A stretch of 63,127 nt of DNA, the filler included, from Reclinomonas americana ATCC 50394 (Eukaryota): the NCBI GenBank assembly GCA_048213135.1. It is 4 parts of one record of this genome, joined end to end, with 100 filler letters (N's around TTAATTAATTAA, not from the genome) between each part and the next. Parts side by side here need not be neighbours in the genome. Positions count along the whole stretch, not along the records: positions 49,020 to 59,325 come from PS015323.1; positions 59,426 to 63,127 come from PS015323.1; 2 more parts are not named here. One strand, 5' to 3'. A model generated the notes under the pieces. The model did no database searches and had not been told where the DNA came from. It saw only the letters and a list, made by a program, of their open reading frames with translations. Below, piece after piece: positions 49,971 to 63,127 of this stretch. A program made the position numbers and the translations under genes. The number at the start of each line of letters is the position of its first letter. The stretch's first letter is position 1.

Positions 49971-52900
49971 ATGAGCGGCCTCCGTCGCCGCCCAATCGCG
50001 CGCGTGATTGATCACAAAGCCTCAGTTACACAATGCACAATGACACAAGAGAGACACACACTCACACATAAGACACTGATTGTATATGTGCAACGCCTCT
50101 CTCTCTCTCTCTCAGAATGCACATGCCGATGCCATGATCGACCGACGACGAGAAGAAGAACTGCGCATTGCCTTTAACATGGTCGACCGCGATCAGAGGT
50201 ACTCTCTCACTCTGACACACTGAGCTCCTTCCCTCACTCACAGTCACTCACTGCTCTCTCTGTCAATCAGTGGACTCATTGACGCAGGCGAGCTCAAGAG
50301 CATTCTCGAGATCCTCGGGCACTCAGTCACAGAGGCACAAGTCCGCAAGTACCTCCACTCAGTCGACAAGGACGGTCAGTGCGCTCCTCTCTTGTGNNNN
50401 NNNNNNNNNNNNNNNNNNNNNNNNNNNNNNNNNNNNNNNNNNNNNNNNNNNNNNNNNNNNNNNNNNNNNNNNNNNNNNNNNNNNNNNNNNNNNNNNNNNN
50501 NNNNNNNNNNNNNNNNNNNNNNNNNNNNNNNNNNNNNNNNNNNNNNNNNNNNNNNNNNNNNNNNNNNNNNNNNNNNNNNNNNNNNNNNNNNNNNNNNNNN
50601 NNNNNNNNNNNNNNNNNNNNNNNNNNNNNNNNNNNNNNNNNNNNNNNNNNNNNNNNNNNNNNNNNNNNNNNNNNNNNNNNNNNNNNNNNNNNNNNNNNNN
50701 NNNNNNNNNNNNNNNNNNNNNNNNNNNNNNNNNNNNNNNNNNNNNNNNNNNNNNNNNNNNNNNNNNNNNNNNNNNNNNNNNNNNNNNNNNNNNNNNNNNN
50801 NNNNNNNNNNNNNNNNNNNNNNNNNNNNNNNNNNNNNNNNNNNNNNNNNNNNNNNNNNNNNNNNNNNNNNNNNNNNNNNNNNNNNNNNNNNNNNNNNNNN
50901 NNNNNNNNNNNNNNNNNNNNNNNNNNNNNNNNNNNNNNNNNNNNNNNNNNNNNNNNNNNNNNNNNNNNNNNNNNNNNNNNNNNNNNNNNNNNNNNNNNNN
51001 NNNNNNNNNNNNNNNNNNNNNNNNNNNNNNNNNNNNNNNTCCTTCCCCCTCCTTCCCCCCTCCTTCCCCCCTCTCCCCCTCTCCTTCCCCCCTCTCTCCC
51101 CTTTCCTTTCCTTCTCCTTCCCCCTTCTCCTTCTCACTTCCCCCGTCTCTTCCCCGCTCTTCCCCCTTGTTGCAGATCGTGCAAGCCCAGCAGGGCAAGA
51201 ATCTCGCCGAGATTGTTCGCACCTACCTCAAGCCCGTCACGCTGGCGCAACTCCTCACCATTCGGAACCGACTGCGTACGGAGATCGACGTGCTTGTCGA
51301 TCGCATGAGCATTCTGCTCAGCGAGGCGCAACAGCTGGAGGAGAAGTTGACGTCGTGCCGCACCTCGCTCGCCGCCAACGAGGGCAAGCTCGACCCCGAC
51401 GCCAAGATCATGGTGGAGCGGCGCAAGACCGAGGTACGTGCGCGCGCGCGCGAGAGAGAGAGAGGCCCTCTTACTTTCGTCCGTCCTCACCCTCTACGCA
51501 GATCGTCTTCCTCACCCGGAGACGAACCGAGGTTTCGCGTATCATTGGGCGGCTGCAAAACGAGCAGAACTCACTCGACGCCCTCTATCCGTACACGGTG
51601 GGGTTGTATGAACGCGCCCTGGTGGTGCGTGCGCAGGAGGCGGTGGTGGCCACCGAGGACATTGCGAATCTGCCGACCGAGCCGCTGACCACCCTAGAGC
51701 TGTACGAATTGCAAATACGCTTGGCGGCGGCCTCACGGTCACGGTCGCAGTCGCCAGTCGGCAGCAACGGCAGCGGTGGGCGTCGCACCCGATCGCCAAG
51801 TCCATCGCCGCACGATATTGTGGAGGCCGCCTCCGGTCTCATTGCACCGATGCTGGAGGTGGCGGCGATGCGGTTACGGCAACACGAGGGGCGCTCCTCG
51901 TCGCCACTCGGCGGCGGCGGCGGCGGCGGCGGCACCAAGCGTGTGGCCTGGTCGCCGACACTCGAAGAGTACTATGGTGACACGCCATCTCCGCCACTGA
52001 TTCGGCCAATGGAGGACGGCAGCGGCAGCCACAAGGTGCTCTCCACGCCACCAGTCGACTCAAGCTCAGCACCGCCCCCTTCGGCTCCCACCGAACCGCC
52101 ATCCACACAACTGGTCGAACAGCAGCCAAAGGTAATTATCGCAGTCCGTGCTCACATTGCTCGCCTTTCCTGTTGCGCTTGCCATTTCTCCGCTGCTCTC
52201 CTTTTCTTTCTCGTTGCTGATATACCTCCTCACTCACACTCCCGTACCTCGTTGCTGCAGCATTCGTCACTGATGATCCCACCGGCGGTGGCCGTGGCGA
52301 ACGAGCGCATGATCGCACCGGGCCCGAAGGAGTTTGTGGGCATTCATCGCGACCCGACGTCACCCTCCAAAGTCGTATCGGTGGTGGTGTCGCCGCAGAG
52401 ACCGCACGCGCTCCGGCTGCTGCCAGCCAACATTACTTCCCCACGCGGCGGCGGCAAACTGTTGTCACCGCGACAGCCCGCTGGTCAGACGTCGCCTCGC
52501 AGCCGGCAACTTGTGCGCGACCTGATGCAACGCTCGGGACTCGTGACGCCTCTGCAGCCAGTGCGCAGCTCCACGAACTGGCGCAAGGCGAATGGCCGCA
52601 AGACGCCGCCACTGTCGCAGTCGACGGACAGCGGTGCCTCCTCCGCTGCTGGTGCCGCCAATGGCGCATCCACCCCGTCGGCGCCCGGCAGTGCCAGCAG
52701 TGGTGGTGGCGATCCGATCAGCGGCAGCTCGTCCACGGCAACATCCACTACCCTGTCTGGCGCGCCACCACCGCCTCCGCAACCCAACCACTCGAAGAGC
52801 TCGCGCGTGCCGCTGCTCCGTCGGAGTCACCCACCACCCATGACACTGCCGCATGACGTGCTCGCCGGCGCCACTGCCGACCCCTCGCTCTCGCGCAAAT

Positions 52901-53100
52901 CACCGCGCTCGCCACTCGCCGCATCGCCTCGTGTCGTCGCCCCACCGCCCATCAAGTCGCCACGAGGTGCGGGCGCGCCACCAAAAGCCAGTCCCACGGG
53001 AGGAGCGGGAACAGTGACTTTGCCTTCCCTCGACGCATCGGCGAGGAAACCGCGGCGTGATTTGATGTTGACAGGCAAGCAGAAAAAGGGAGCCTCATGA
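49971..53100 (+). CDS. EF-hand (calmodulin-like N-terminus), coiled coil and long S/P-rich tail protein (spans a gap)
   Basis: ELRIAFNMVDRDQ|SGLIDAGELK and SVDKD EF loops; in-frame exons from 51177 onward. Confidence 0.75.
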
Positions 53101-53145
53101 ACCACCAATAATGATAATATACGACTCCTGCCTGTTTATGTATTA

Positions 53146-55796
53146 TCACCATTTCTCTGACTCGTCTTCGGAGGATTCCGAGTCGCTGTCCTTCTTCAAC
53201 TTCTTGCCCTTCTTGCTCGCCGTCAGCGACGCTCTTCGCATGCTCAGTCGGCGAGTGAGTTCACCCATCAGGTCGACCGATGGGTCGGTGGATAACCTCG
53301 GGCCATTCTGCAATGGGGTCGAAGAGAGTGAGGGATCAATCTGCGGTGTGAGTGCAAAAAACAAGCCAACTCACCGCTTGTGCGGCCTTGAGCGATGGTG
53401 GACTCTTGATGCCTGCCAGCAATGCTCCCGCCGCGGCACCGGCCACTCCTGCATGCATGCATGTATGCAATGAGCGAAATCTACAGTGGGAAAGGGGGAA
53501 GAGTAGGGGGGCCAGCATCGAACCTGCAGCCTTTCTTGCCGGTGGTGGCGGCGGTGGTGGCGGCGCCGGCGGTGGTGGTGGTGGCGGAGCTGGAGGCGGT
53601 GCAAACGACGTCTGTACTTTGACATCGCCCATGAGCATGGCGGCGGCGGAGGCCGCAGCGGCGCCAGTCGCCATTGGTGAAGCGGGTGGCAGTGGGTCCC
53701 AGAACGGCGGGTACTTTCTCAACACTGCGGAGCGGATCAGATACACATAAAGCGGGAACATGAATGTGCAGCAGCAGCGCACCGCTTTCCTCCACCGTCT
53801 TGAGCAGGTATTGGCGAATGCAGTTGAGAGGCACTGACTTGACGCCGAACCCCGGCACCTCGTGCCAGTTGTGCAACAGTGTCTCCACTGTGACAATAAA
53901 CTGTGCGTCGATCGTCGACCAAAGAACGTGAGCAAGACACTGCAAAATGAACAAGAAAGCCAGCGCACTCAACATTCTCCTCAAATGTGGCGGCCAGCGG
54001 CGCGGCGATTTTCGGCGGCCACTTGTTGTGCGCCGCCACCGCATCAAGTAGGACTTCCATCGTGGTCTCCAGCGTGACCGCCTCCAACGCCGTGCCATTT
54101 GCAGCCGACGACGAAGGAGTCGACGGTGTCACGGGCATGTCTGCCTGCGGTGCAGGAGGTGGCACTGGTGGCGCGGGCGCCACTTCGTGGCCTGCGGGTG
54201 GAACCTGGATCGCTGGAGGACGCGATGGCGCTGGGGACGCGTGATCGGAAGCAGCTGCCGCAGCCGCCGCCGCTGCCGCCGCCGGTGGAGCCGCTCGTGA
54301 AGGGGCAGGAGGCGGTGGCGGGAGGGGCACCGACAACAAGGGCGACACAGTGACTACAAAGCCAGGCGATGGTGGCGACGCAGGCTCAGCTGGCGTCGGC
54401 TCAGTTGATGGTGGCAGGGGCTCCAGAGACAACGGGGGTGGCGCGACGGGTTTCGGCGCTTCTACGGGTGGTGAGGCAACAGGCGGTGGCACTGGAGGAG
54501 GTGGAGCGGCGACGGGAGTGGGCAAAGGGACAGACACGGGAGGTGGTGGAGCGGGGGCTGGAGGTGGAGGAGCAGGGGCAGGTGGAGCGGACGCAGGAAC
54601 AGGTGCTGCAGCCGGCGGGGGTGGTGGTGGTGGTGGTGGATCGTCGTCGTCGTCTTCATCCTCATCCTCGTCCTCGTCGTGTTCGTCAAGGTAATCATCC
54701 TCGCCATCTGCTGGTACGTGGCCGTGTTCGTGTCGCTGGTGATTTTGCGGGTGTACCTGATGATGATGGTGGTGGTGTTGATGAGCCGGCTGCGGTGGTG
54801 GTGGCGGCGGCGACGCAACAACTGCCGCAGGCGGTGGCGCCGGTCGTGCTGGTTCTACGGGAGCGACACCCTTCTTCGTCGGCATTGCACCGTCCAACAG
54901 CAGCCGATCGTCGGCCGACATGCCCGGCAACTCCAACACAGTCAGGTGCGAGTCACGGTTGCTGCGCAGCGCCTCCGCGAACAGCACCGCACAGTCATTC
55001 AACGGGTTCGTGCGCAAGTCGAGCTCCTGCAGGCCAGCGTTGATGCGCAGAGCGTCAGCCAGCGACGCCGCACCGCTCGACTGGATCTCACAATCTGCGT
55101 TCACACAGTGAGACGACCAGGCAAAGAGAGAACAGGAGGTCGCGAGGGGTACGCAACAAGATAGATCCAAGAAGTGCAACGTGCTGTTCACCTCCAATGC
55201 CGCAGCGATGGCCTTGGCACCTCGATCGCCACAACCGGTTCCTGAAGAATGACAGTGAGTGGAGGAATGAAGGAAGTGCATGAGAGAGACGATTGACCAG
55301 CTCCAGTCGTGCACGCAGAATGGGGGAGTGTGTGCTTGAAGGACTGCCTGAGGAGAGCAGAGGACGTAATGCTTGAAAGACTACCAAAGCAGAAAGGAGC
55401 ACTGTACAGGGTGCAGCAGAGGATGAGGTGCTCGANNNNNNNNNNNNNNNNNNNNNNNNNNNNNNNNNNNNNNNNNNNNNNNNNNNNNNNNNNNNNNNNN
55501 NNNNNNNNNNNNNNNNNNNNNNNNNNNNNNNNNNNNNNNNNNNNNNNNNNNNNNNNNNNNNNNNNNNNNNNNNNNNNNNNNNNNNNNNNNNNNNNNNNNN
55601 NNNNNNNNNNNNNNNNNGGCTGCTGTTGAGGAAGAGCACGCTTTCCCTTGGAGACAGTGGCCGCAGTCGCCAGTGACAGCAGTCCACCCAGTCCCCTTCC
55701 CGCACTGATGCTGTTGCTGCTGATGCTGTTGCGCATCACAAGTGGAGGCACAGAGGGCACAGCACCTCCGCCTCCACTGATTCCACCATACTCCAT
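53146..55796 (-). CDS. RNI-type LRR, polyproline and WH2-central-acidic (WCA)-like protein (spans a gap)
   Basis: CGDRGAKAIAAALEVNSTLHFLDLS repeats; long Pro tracts; LLAGIKSPPSLK; LMGELTRRLSMRRASL; ends SDSESSEDESEKW*. Confidence 0.8.
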
Positions 55797-55877
55797 CGTT
55801 GCGCGCGCTCGCAAAAGTGACTTGTAAGTGTTTGCCTCACTGCAAATTTCAATCACTATTTGTCTTTTGTGTTTGCA

Positions 55878-58800
55878 ATGGAGGAGCCAAGCTCATCAGT
55901 GCCTCCTGCGCTCTTGCAACAGTGCACAAAGAGCGCCACAGTTGCGCCACACATGCTTTCCATAGAGTGTCACATCTCTTACGTTTTTGTTTGTTTTTTA
56001 TGAAAAAAGGTGACTTTGAGTGCCTCTGATGGTGACATTGCGTCGCTCATTGATGAGCTGGGCGGGGTGTTGGCGGATAATGCGCGACTGGAGGATGTTG
56101 ACTTTGAGGGTCGGTCGAGCTTATCTCTCACTAGGCGACTGTGTGTTTTGTTGCTCACACTCACTTGCTCACTCACTTGCTCTCTGTGTGCGTGTCTGTG
56201 TGTGTCTGTGTGTGTGTGTTTGTTTGCAGGAGTGACTCTGGGCGATGAGGACGCAGAGTCGTTTTGTCTGACTCTGTTGGGCCCGCAGACTGCAGCGCGA
56301 GTCAAGCACCTCTCCATGCCCTGTTGTGTTGACTGAGGAGACCTCTGAGAGAGGGGCCCTCTCTCTCTTACTCACTCTCTCTCTTGCTCAGATGTGGGCG
56401 CTGGTTTCCGCACTGCATGCACTCTTGGTGATCGATTGGTCGCACATCGGTTCTTGGAGGAGCTGGACTTGGCAGGCGCGTGGAGCCCTCTCTCTCTGAC
56501 TCACTCATTCTTGTGAGGGCTTACTCTCTGTGTGTGGATGTGTCACAGGCAATGAGTTTGGTGACGATGGAGTGGTGGCACTGGCCACGTCGCTTCGGAG
56601 CAATCTCATTCTGCGGTTTCTCAGTCTCTCGGGTGAGGCGAGAGAAGAAGGGAGGAGGGAAAAGAGAGAGAGGCATGGAGAGAGGGAAGATGAGGCAGGG
56701 AGAGAGGGAAGAAGAGGGAGAGGAGCAAGGATNNNNNNNNNNNNNNNNNNNNNNNNNNNNNNNNNNNNNNNNNNNNNNNNNNNNNNNNNNNNNNNNNNNN
56801 NNNNNNNNNNNNNNNNNNNNNNNNNNNNNNNNNNNNNNNNNNNNNNNNNNNNNNNNNNNNNNNNNNNNNNNNNNNNNNNNNNNNNNNNNNNNNNNNNNNN
56901 NNNNNNNNNNNNNNNNNNNNNNNNNNNNNNNNNNNNNNNNNNNNNNNNNNNNNNNNNNNNNNNNNNNNNNNNNNNNNNNNNNNNNNNNNNNNNNNNNNNN
57001 NNNNNNNNNNNNNNNNNNNNNNNNNNNNNNNNNNNNNNNNNNNNNNNNNNNNNNNNNNNNNNNNNNNNNNNNNNNNNNNNNNNNNNNNNNNNNNNNNNNN
57101 NNNNNNNNNNNNNNNNNNNNNNNNNNNNNNNNNNNNNNNNNNNNNNNNNNNNNNNNNNNNNNNNNNNNNNNNNNNNNNNNNNNNNNNNNNNNNNNNNNNN
57201 NNNNNNNNNNNNNNNNNNNNNNNNNNNNNNNNNNNNNNNNNNNNNNNNNNNNNNNNNNNNNNNNNNNNNNNNNNNNNNNNNNNNNNNNNNNNNNNNNNNN
57301 NNNNNNNNNNNNNNNNNNNNNNNNNNNNNNNNNNNNNNNNNNNNNNNNNNNNNNNNNNNNNNNNNNNNNNNNNNNNNNNNNNNNNNNNNNNNNNNNNNNN
57401 NNNNNNNNNNNNNNNNNNNNNNNNNNNNNNNNNNNNNNNNNNNNNNNNNNNNNNNNNNNNNNNNNNNNNNNNNNNNNNNNNNNNNNNNNNNNNNNNNNNN
57501 NNNNNNNNNNNNNNNNNNNNNNNNNNNNNNNNNNNNNNNNNNNNNNNNNNNNNNNNNNNNNNNNNNNNNNNNNNNNNNNNNNNNNNNNNNNNNNNNNNNN
57601 NNNNNNNNNNNNNNNNNNNNNNNNNNNNNNNNNNNNNNNNNNNNNNNNNNNNNNNNNNNNNNNNNNNNNNNNNNCCACCACCACCACTGCTATGACTTTG
57701 CAGATCAGTGAACGACTGAAAGCAGCCGGCTACAATCGCACACTGGAGGCCATCTTCCGAGCCGTGGAGCGACGCATCAAAAAGTACATGGAGCTGCAGA
57801 AGCGGCGAGATCCCACCTCGGCCGCACCTTCGACTCCTGGCAACAACAGCGCGACCACCACTACCACGGCCACCACCACCACTGCGTCAACTGTCAGCAC
57901 CCCCGCGGTGGCGGTGGTGCCGAGCGCGACTCGAGTGCTCTCGGCCACATCGCAGTCGGCACGCTCGTCAGTGTCGATGAACTCGGACGACGATTCACTC
58001 AGTGATTTCGCAGCCGGCTCACGATCCGCATCACCGGCAGCAGCACCTCAGCGACCGCCGCCATCACCGCTGCTGCCACCACTGCCTCCTCTCCCACCGC
58101 ACACACCTTCGCCGTCGTTGTCGGCGCCCGACGTGCAGGTCTGTGTGCTGTGTCACGAGTGATGCCGTCCTCCTGTTGATTTGTTCTCACATGCTTCTGT
58201 GTGCGGTGATGCCGTAGATTGCGGCGCCGCGCGCAATTGTTGCAGTGCCGCAAAACACACTGCGTGTGCCGCCCTCGGTGCCAATGAGTGTTGACAGTGG
58301 TGCTGCGGTCGGCGGCAGTGCCGTGTCCAGTCGCAGCGCATCCATCGAACCTGGCCCCTCTGTTGCGCGCTCTGGCAAGCGCGGCAAGCGTGCTCCGCGC
58401 GATGAGAGTCAAGCAGAGAAGCAAGACGGAGTGCAGGACGATGTCGACAACAGCAGCAGCAGCAACACCGTCGTTCCTCTGTTGCCATCGGACGGCTCCG
58501 TTTTTGCTCGCCAGGCATATGGTGTCAAGCGCGGCAAGGGTGGCAAGCGAGGTGGAAAGAGCGGAGGCAAGCGTGGTGGTGGTGGTGGCAAGCGTGGCGG
58601 CAAGCAAACGCGTCCCACAGCCCCCAACGGCAACGGTGACAGTGGTGGTGGAAGTGGTGGAGCAGGAGGCGGAGGAGGTGGAGGAGGTGGCGGAGACAAA
58701 CGTGACGGCAGCGGTGATGGTAACGGCGACGAGTCTCAGTCATCATCGTCTGAGTCGGAGGCGGAGGCGGAGTCGTCGACTGCCGAGGAAACCAGCGGCA

Positions 58801-59325
58801 AGCGTGGTCGTGCGCGAGCGCGAATCGCTCGTGGCGACACCTCGGACGCAGAGAAGAATGCCGGCGAGGCATCGGGGGTGGTGGCCATGGAGCAGGATTC
58901 GCCGCGCCGAAAGACTGCCGACTCGGACCAGGAGGAGGAAGACGGTGGCAGCGACAGCTCCAGCTCTGTCGATATTGTCATTGTGTCGCCGAAAGTGCGA
59001 CGTGGCAAGTACGGACCCGGCAGCCGTGGTGGCCGCGGTGGGCGGGGTGGACGAGCTGGCAGAGGTGGCCGAGGCGGCTTTCGTGGGCGTGGAGGCAAGC
59101 GTGGCAAACGCGGTGGTCTCGCTCAAGGATCGCGAACGTTCAAGACCGAGACAGAGGACGAGGAGGAGGAGGAGAACGGCGAGGAGAAGAAGAAGGAAGA
59201 CGAGGCCATGGCGAGTGCCTCCGAGAACGAGAGTGATGACGACGAGGGGGACTCGGACGAGCGTGACTCGGATGATGATGATGATGATGATGATGACGAC
59301 GACGACGACGACGATGAGGATGAGG
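55878..59325 (+). CDS. RNI-type LRR protein with low-complexity GGKRG/RGG and acidic tail (spans a gap, 3' partial)
   Basis: LEELDLAGNEFGDDGVVALATSLRSNLILRFLSLS; continuity across gap 56733-57675 is assumed. Confidence 0.65.
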
Positions 59326-59369
59326 NNNNNNNNNNNNNNNNNNNNNNNNNNNNNNNNNNNNNNNNNNNN

Positions 59370-59381
59370 TTAATTAATTAA
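59370..59381. other. Artificial scaffold linker TTAATTAATTAA
   Basis: Same linker between N runs. Confidence 0.9.
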
Positions 59382-59815
59382 NNNNNNNNNNNNNNNNNNN
59401 NNNNNNNNNNNNNNNNNNNNNNNNNGCACCGACAGCCGCGGGAAGCGGAGTGGTGCGTTCCGTGTCACCACTCGCCGCCGCCGCCAGCATGATGCTGTCC
59501 ACCATGCCGTCTGCTGGCTCCACCACAACGACAACAATGATGCCACCGCCTCCGCGACCGCCCACACCCCCAGGCTCGCAGCCGATGCTGTCGTACATGT
59601 CTCCCTCGAACGGCCAGCTGTAGCAATGCCAGCTCCTGATTTTCTTCCCATAGCCATTAGTTTCTAGTGTTTTTTCCTACCCGTGGCGGTGTACTGTCGA
59701 CAGGTTTCTCTTGCTCTCCTACCTTTGTGTTTGTGGGCGAGGAGACCACCAATTATTAGCGAAGAAAAAGATTAAAAAAGAAAAGCCAACCACCGCATGG
59801 ATGTACATGATGTTG

Positions 59816-61663
59816 CTACTGCAGCAATTGTGACACAAGTGTGGCCACACGATCAAACTGCGTCGTCGATGCAAGTGTAAGCGATGAGGCGCATAGGTGA
59901 CCAGGAACAACGAATGGCACTCACATCGGACAACTCGAGGTACACCTGTGCCGACACGCGTGCCCACCAGCCATTCTTGGTGCCATCGCCGTTGATGAGG
60001 GGCTGAATGTTGGAAAGTGAGGAATGCTGCGTGTGGCACGAAACGAAAGCGCACCAGCACTACGCAACGTAGACCACCAGATACACGTCGTACTGATCAA
60101 GCAGCCGCTGCGTCAGCACAGCGTATTTGCTCTCGTCGGCCGGCGGCAACCGCACGTCCACCATGCCTGTTGTGTGACATGGTGAGATGAAGGAAGATCA
60201 ATGTTGTTGTTGCTTGCACGTGCACCCACCAGCAGTCATGTCGGCGGGTGCAAGAAGACGCGTGCCCCAGGCCTTGGCCAATCGCTGACCGCCCTCCCAC
60301 GCCAGTGTGCGGAGCCAGGTCATGATCTTCTCGTCGCCACCAATCATGGTGCGGAAATCCAGCGCAGCGCCAATCGAGCAGAACGCCGTGTAGTCGCGAG
60401 TGCCTGTCATTGTGTGCACGCGCTCAGCAAGCAGAGGCGTGTACTGTTCAGTGTGAACCACACTCACCAGTGTACTCAAACTCGCCAGGCAAGTCCCACT
60501 TTCCGCTCGACGACACCACCGTGGGCACAATGCGGTATTTTTGCTGAAACTTGGAGCTGACCCACATGAGTGCGGTGCCCTTGGGTGCGTAGAGCCATTT
60601 GTGCGCGTTGGTGATGTCTAAGGGGGGGAAGGTGGGGAAAGGGGAAGGGGGATAAAGGGGAAGGGGGATGGGGGGAAGGGGGATGGGGGGAAGGGGGAAG
60701 GGGGTAAAAGGGGAAGGGGAAGGAAAGGCATTTAGTCTGGAGAGCACGAAGAGACGAGAGCTACAGCATGAGCAGGACGACGAATGAAAGCAGAGGTCGA
60801 GAAAGTAAGGGGAATCGAAAGTGAACTGTGGCAGCGTGAACACAGGAAGATGACTGGCAGCAGATGAGCTGCGGAGTGAACGGAGGAAGACAAAGGGAGA
60901 GAGCAAGCATACAAGAAGCACACTCACAGAAATCGACTCCTGCGCCCTGCATCGCGCGCACATCGACCGGAATGTGACCGAGAGCATGTGCGCCGTCGAC
61001 CACCACCACCGGCACATTGTGCGACTTGCACAGCTGCGCCATCTTCTCCACAGGCAGAATGATGGCCGGCACCGATGTGATGTGCGAGAAGATCACCATC
61101 TGCACTCGGGAGCCGTACTTGGCGAGTGCGGTGGACAGCGCCGCCACGATCGGATCACTGCCACTGCTGTCGAGAGGCAGCGTAAAGTTCACCTGTGGCC
61201 CCCCGAGCATTGAGTGAGGTGATGACGTGATGCCGAGGTGAGGAGGATAAGCTGCCGTAACTTGGACGAGCGTGACGCCGCGCACAGCATGCAACCACTG
61301 CAGCGTGTTCTTCACCATGCCTGTGCGTTACACACACAGATGCATTCAGTCAGTCACCACAGCTGCGCTGATGGGAGTGAACGGGCCGCCACGTGCCATA
61401 CGCCGTCTGCAAGTAGATCACCACATCGTGCTCTGTCGACGAGCCCAGGAGCGAGCGAAACACCGCATTGACTCCACTCGAGGCGTTCTCCACCAGCACC
61501 AAATCGTCCACGGGTGCGTTCACATAGGCCGCCACTCGCTGCCGCGTGGACGCCACCAGTGCCAGGTATTGTTCGCGAAACCATACATCGGGGCGAGCCT
61601 CCATTTGCGCCTGGTAGTCGTGTTGCACTTGCGAGACCAGGCGAGGGACGGAGCCGAACGAGC
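59816..61663 (-). CDS. Class V PLP enzyme (L-cysteine desulfhydrase / Egt2 / isopenicillin-N-epimerase-like), 5' partial, 8 exons
   Basis: GSFGSVP, VENASSGVN, SHITS, VDGAHALG, TNAHKWLYAPKG, FEYTGTRD and RVSAQVY. Confidence 0.93.
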
Positions 61664-62044
61664 CTGAGATAGGAGAAGAGAGGGAGAAAAGGGTGAGTCA
61701 GAGATCGCACAAAGCGATTAGATGCAGTGCGTTGTCAAGGAGAGGGAAGCGAGTGACAAGATGAGAGAACAAAGGAAAAGAAGAGTGAGTGCGAGGAAAG
61801 CCTCAGAAGACGGTATGAGTGGCGAGGGAGGAGTGATCATGCTATCACTCGTGATAGATGCGATGCAATGCAGTCATCACTCTTCTTCCCTCCATCTCTC
61901 TCTCTCTCTCTCTTCTTTTCTCTTCTTTTCTCTCTTTCTTTCTCTCTCTCTCTCTCTACTCTACTCTACTACTACTACTACTACGTACTACGTACTACTA
62001 CTACTACTACGNNNNNNNNNNNNNNNNNNNNCGTCCTCGCCTTC

Positions 62045-62089
<45 letters not shown>

Positions 62090-62203
62090 CACTCACTCAC
62101 TCATTGTTGCCTCTTCCTTTCACAAGCTGCAACTTTCAACCCGTTATCGCCCTCACCCTGGTCCTTATCTCTGTGCTCTTCCAACCCTTTACATGCACTT
62201 CTC

Positions 62204-62501
62204 TCCCCCTCACGCCTTCCCTTTCCTTCCTGCACACACTCACCCTCCAAGCACAATTGCACAAAGTTTCGACACGCCTTGGGCGCCTCCTTCGAGAACA
62301 ACTCAATATCAATGTCTCCATAGCTCGTCTGCAACACAACTCGCCCTTTTGTCTGTCACACAAGAGAGAGAGAGTAAGAGAGAGACATGTCCATCTCCAC
62401 CAGGCGCACTTGTCTCAAATGTGACGCGCGTGCGTGCATGTGTGTGCAAGAGAGAGCATGCATCACGCAACTAGAGGCTCGTTCACATATACTTGCGACA
62501 T
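62204..62501 (-). CDS. CWC27: Spliceosomal cyclophilin CWC27, first two exons
   Basis: MSQVYVNEPL|TKGRVVLQTSYGDIDIELFSKEAPKACRNFVQLCLEG. Confidence 0.9.
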
Positions 62502-62577
62502 GGTGTGCGCGCGAAAACAACAAACGCGTGCGATCAAAGTGGACAGTCCTGCGGGACCACGCTTTTGTTGCACACAA

Positions 62578-63021
62578 ATGTCGGAGCCAAGGAAACGACG
62601 ACACAAGAAGGAGGAAGTGGAGGAGGAGGAGGAGGAAGAAGAGGAAGAAGAGGAGGTCGCTGCTGTGTCCTCTGAAGAAGAGGAAGAAGAGGAAGTCGAA
62701 GTCAGCGCGACGTTTCCGTCACTTGGACTGAGCCCGTGGCTGTGCGATGTGTGCCGTGCGCTCGGCTTGCGCGACCCCACACCCATTCAGTGTCAGGCGA
62801 TTCCACCGATCCTCGCTGGTGAGTGCTCCTTGTGTTTTGCGGCCATGTGCACATTCACATCATCCACTCTTTGTCTCACACAAACACGCACACACAGGTC
62901 GCGATGTGGTTGGCCGATCAGAGACCGGAAGTGGCAAGACAGCGGCCTTTGCTCTACCCATTTTGGATAGTCTCTCGCGGGAACCTTATGGCATCTTTGC
63001 ACTGGTGCTGACGCCCACTCG
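62578..63021 (+). CDS. DDX49: DEAD-box helicase DDX49/DBP8, first two exons
   Basis: Q motif F..LGL..WL...[37 protein letters not shown]. Confidence 0.85.
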
Positions 63022-63027
63022 GTGAGT

Positions 63028-63122
<95 letters not shown>

Positions 63123-63127
63123 TAGTA

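Overview
Gene-dense, intron-rich, microsatellite-rich draft sequence from a eukaryote, most likely a protist (not identifiable from sequence alone). Many N-gaps, three artificial TTAATTAATTAA linkers joining separate scaffolds, and (TACG)n read-end artefacts. About 20 spliced genes or gene fragments can be reconstructed by hand: rhomboid-like pseudoprotease, beta-propeller, PPPDE-like peptidase, MVD, Kv channel, CTU1, a tandem pair of GRDP-like/ubiquitin-like genes, GT61, MAP2K, METTL21-like, a giant fibre-like membrane protein, C10orf88/PAAT-like, an NHL/FN3/cadherin surface protein, an EF-hand protein, two LRR proteins, a class-V PLP lyase, CWC27 and DDX49. The main signal is in the splice code. 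About a third of the reconstructable introns (about 26 of roughly 80, hand count) use a second 5' splice-site class, GTTGCGT/GTTGAGT/GTTAAGT/GTTACGT, which is the normal consensus displaced by one base. It occurs almost only where the exon does not end in G. Also notable: an LRR-polyPro-WCA candidate Arp2/3 activator and a fibre gene with two homologous alternative C-terminal caps. All gene models are manual, with no RNA evidence.
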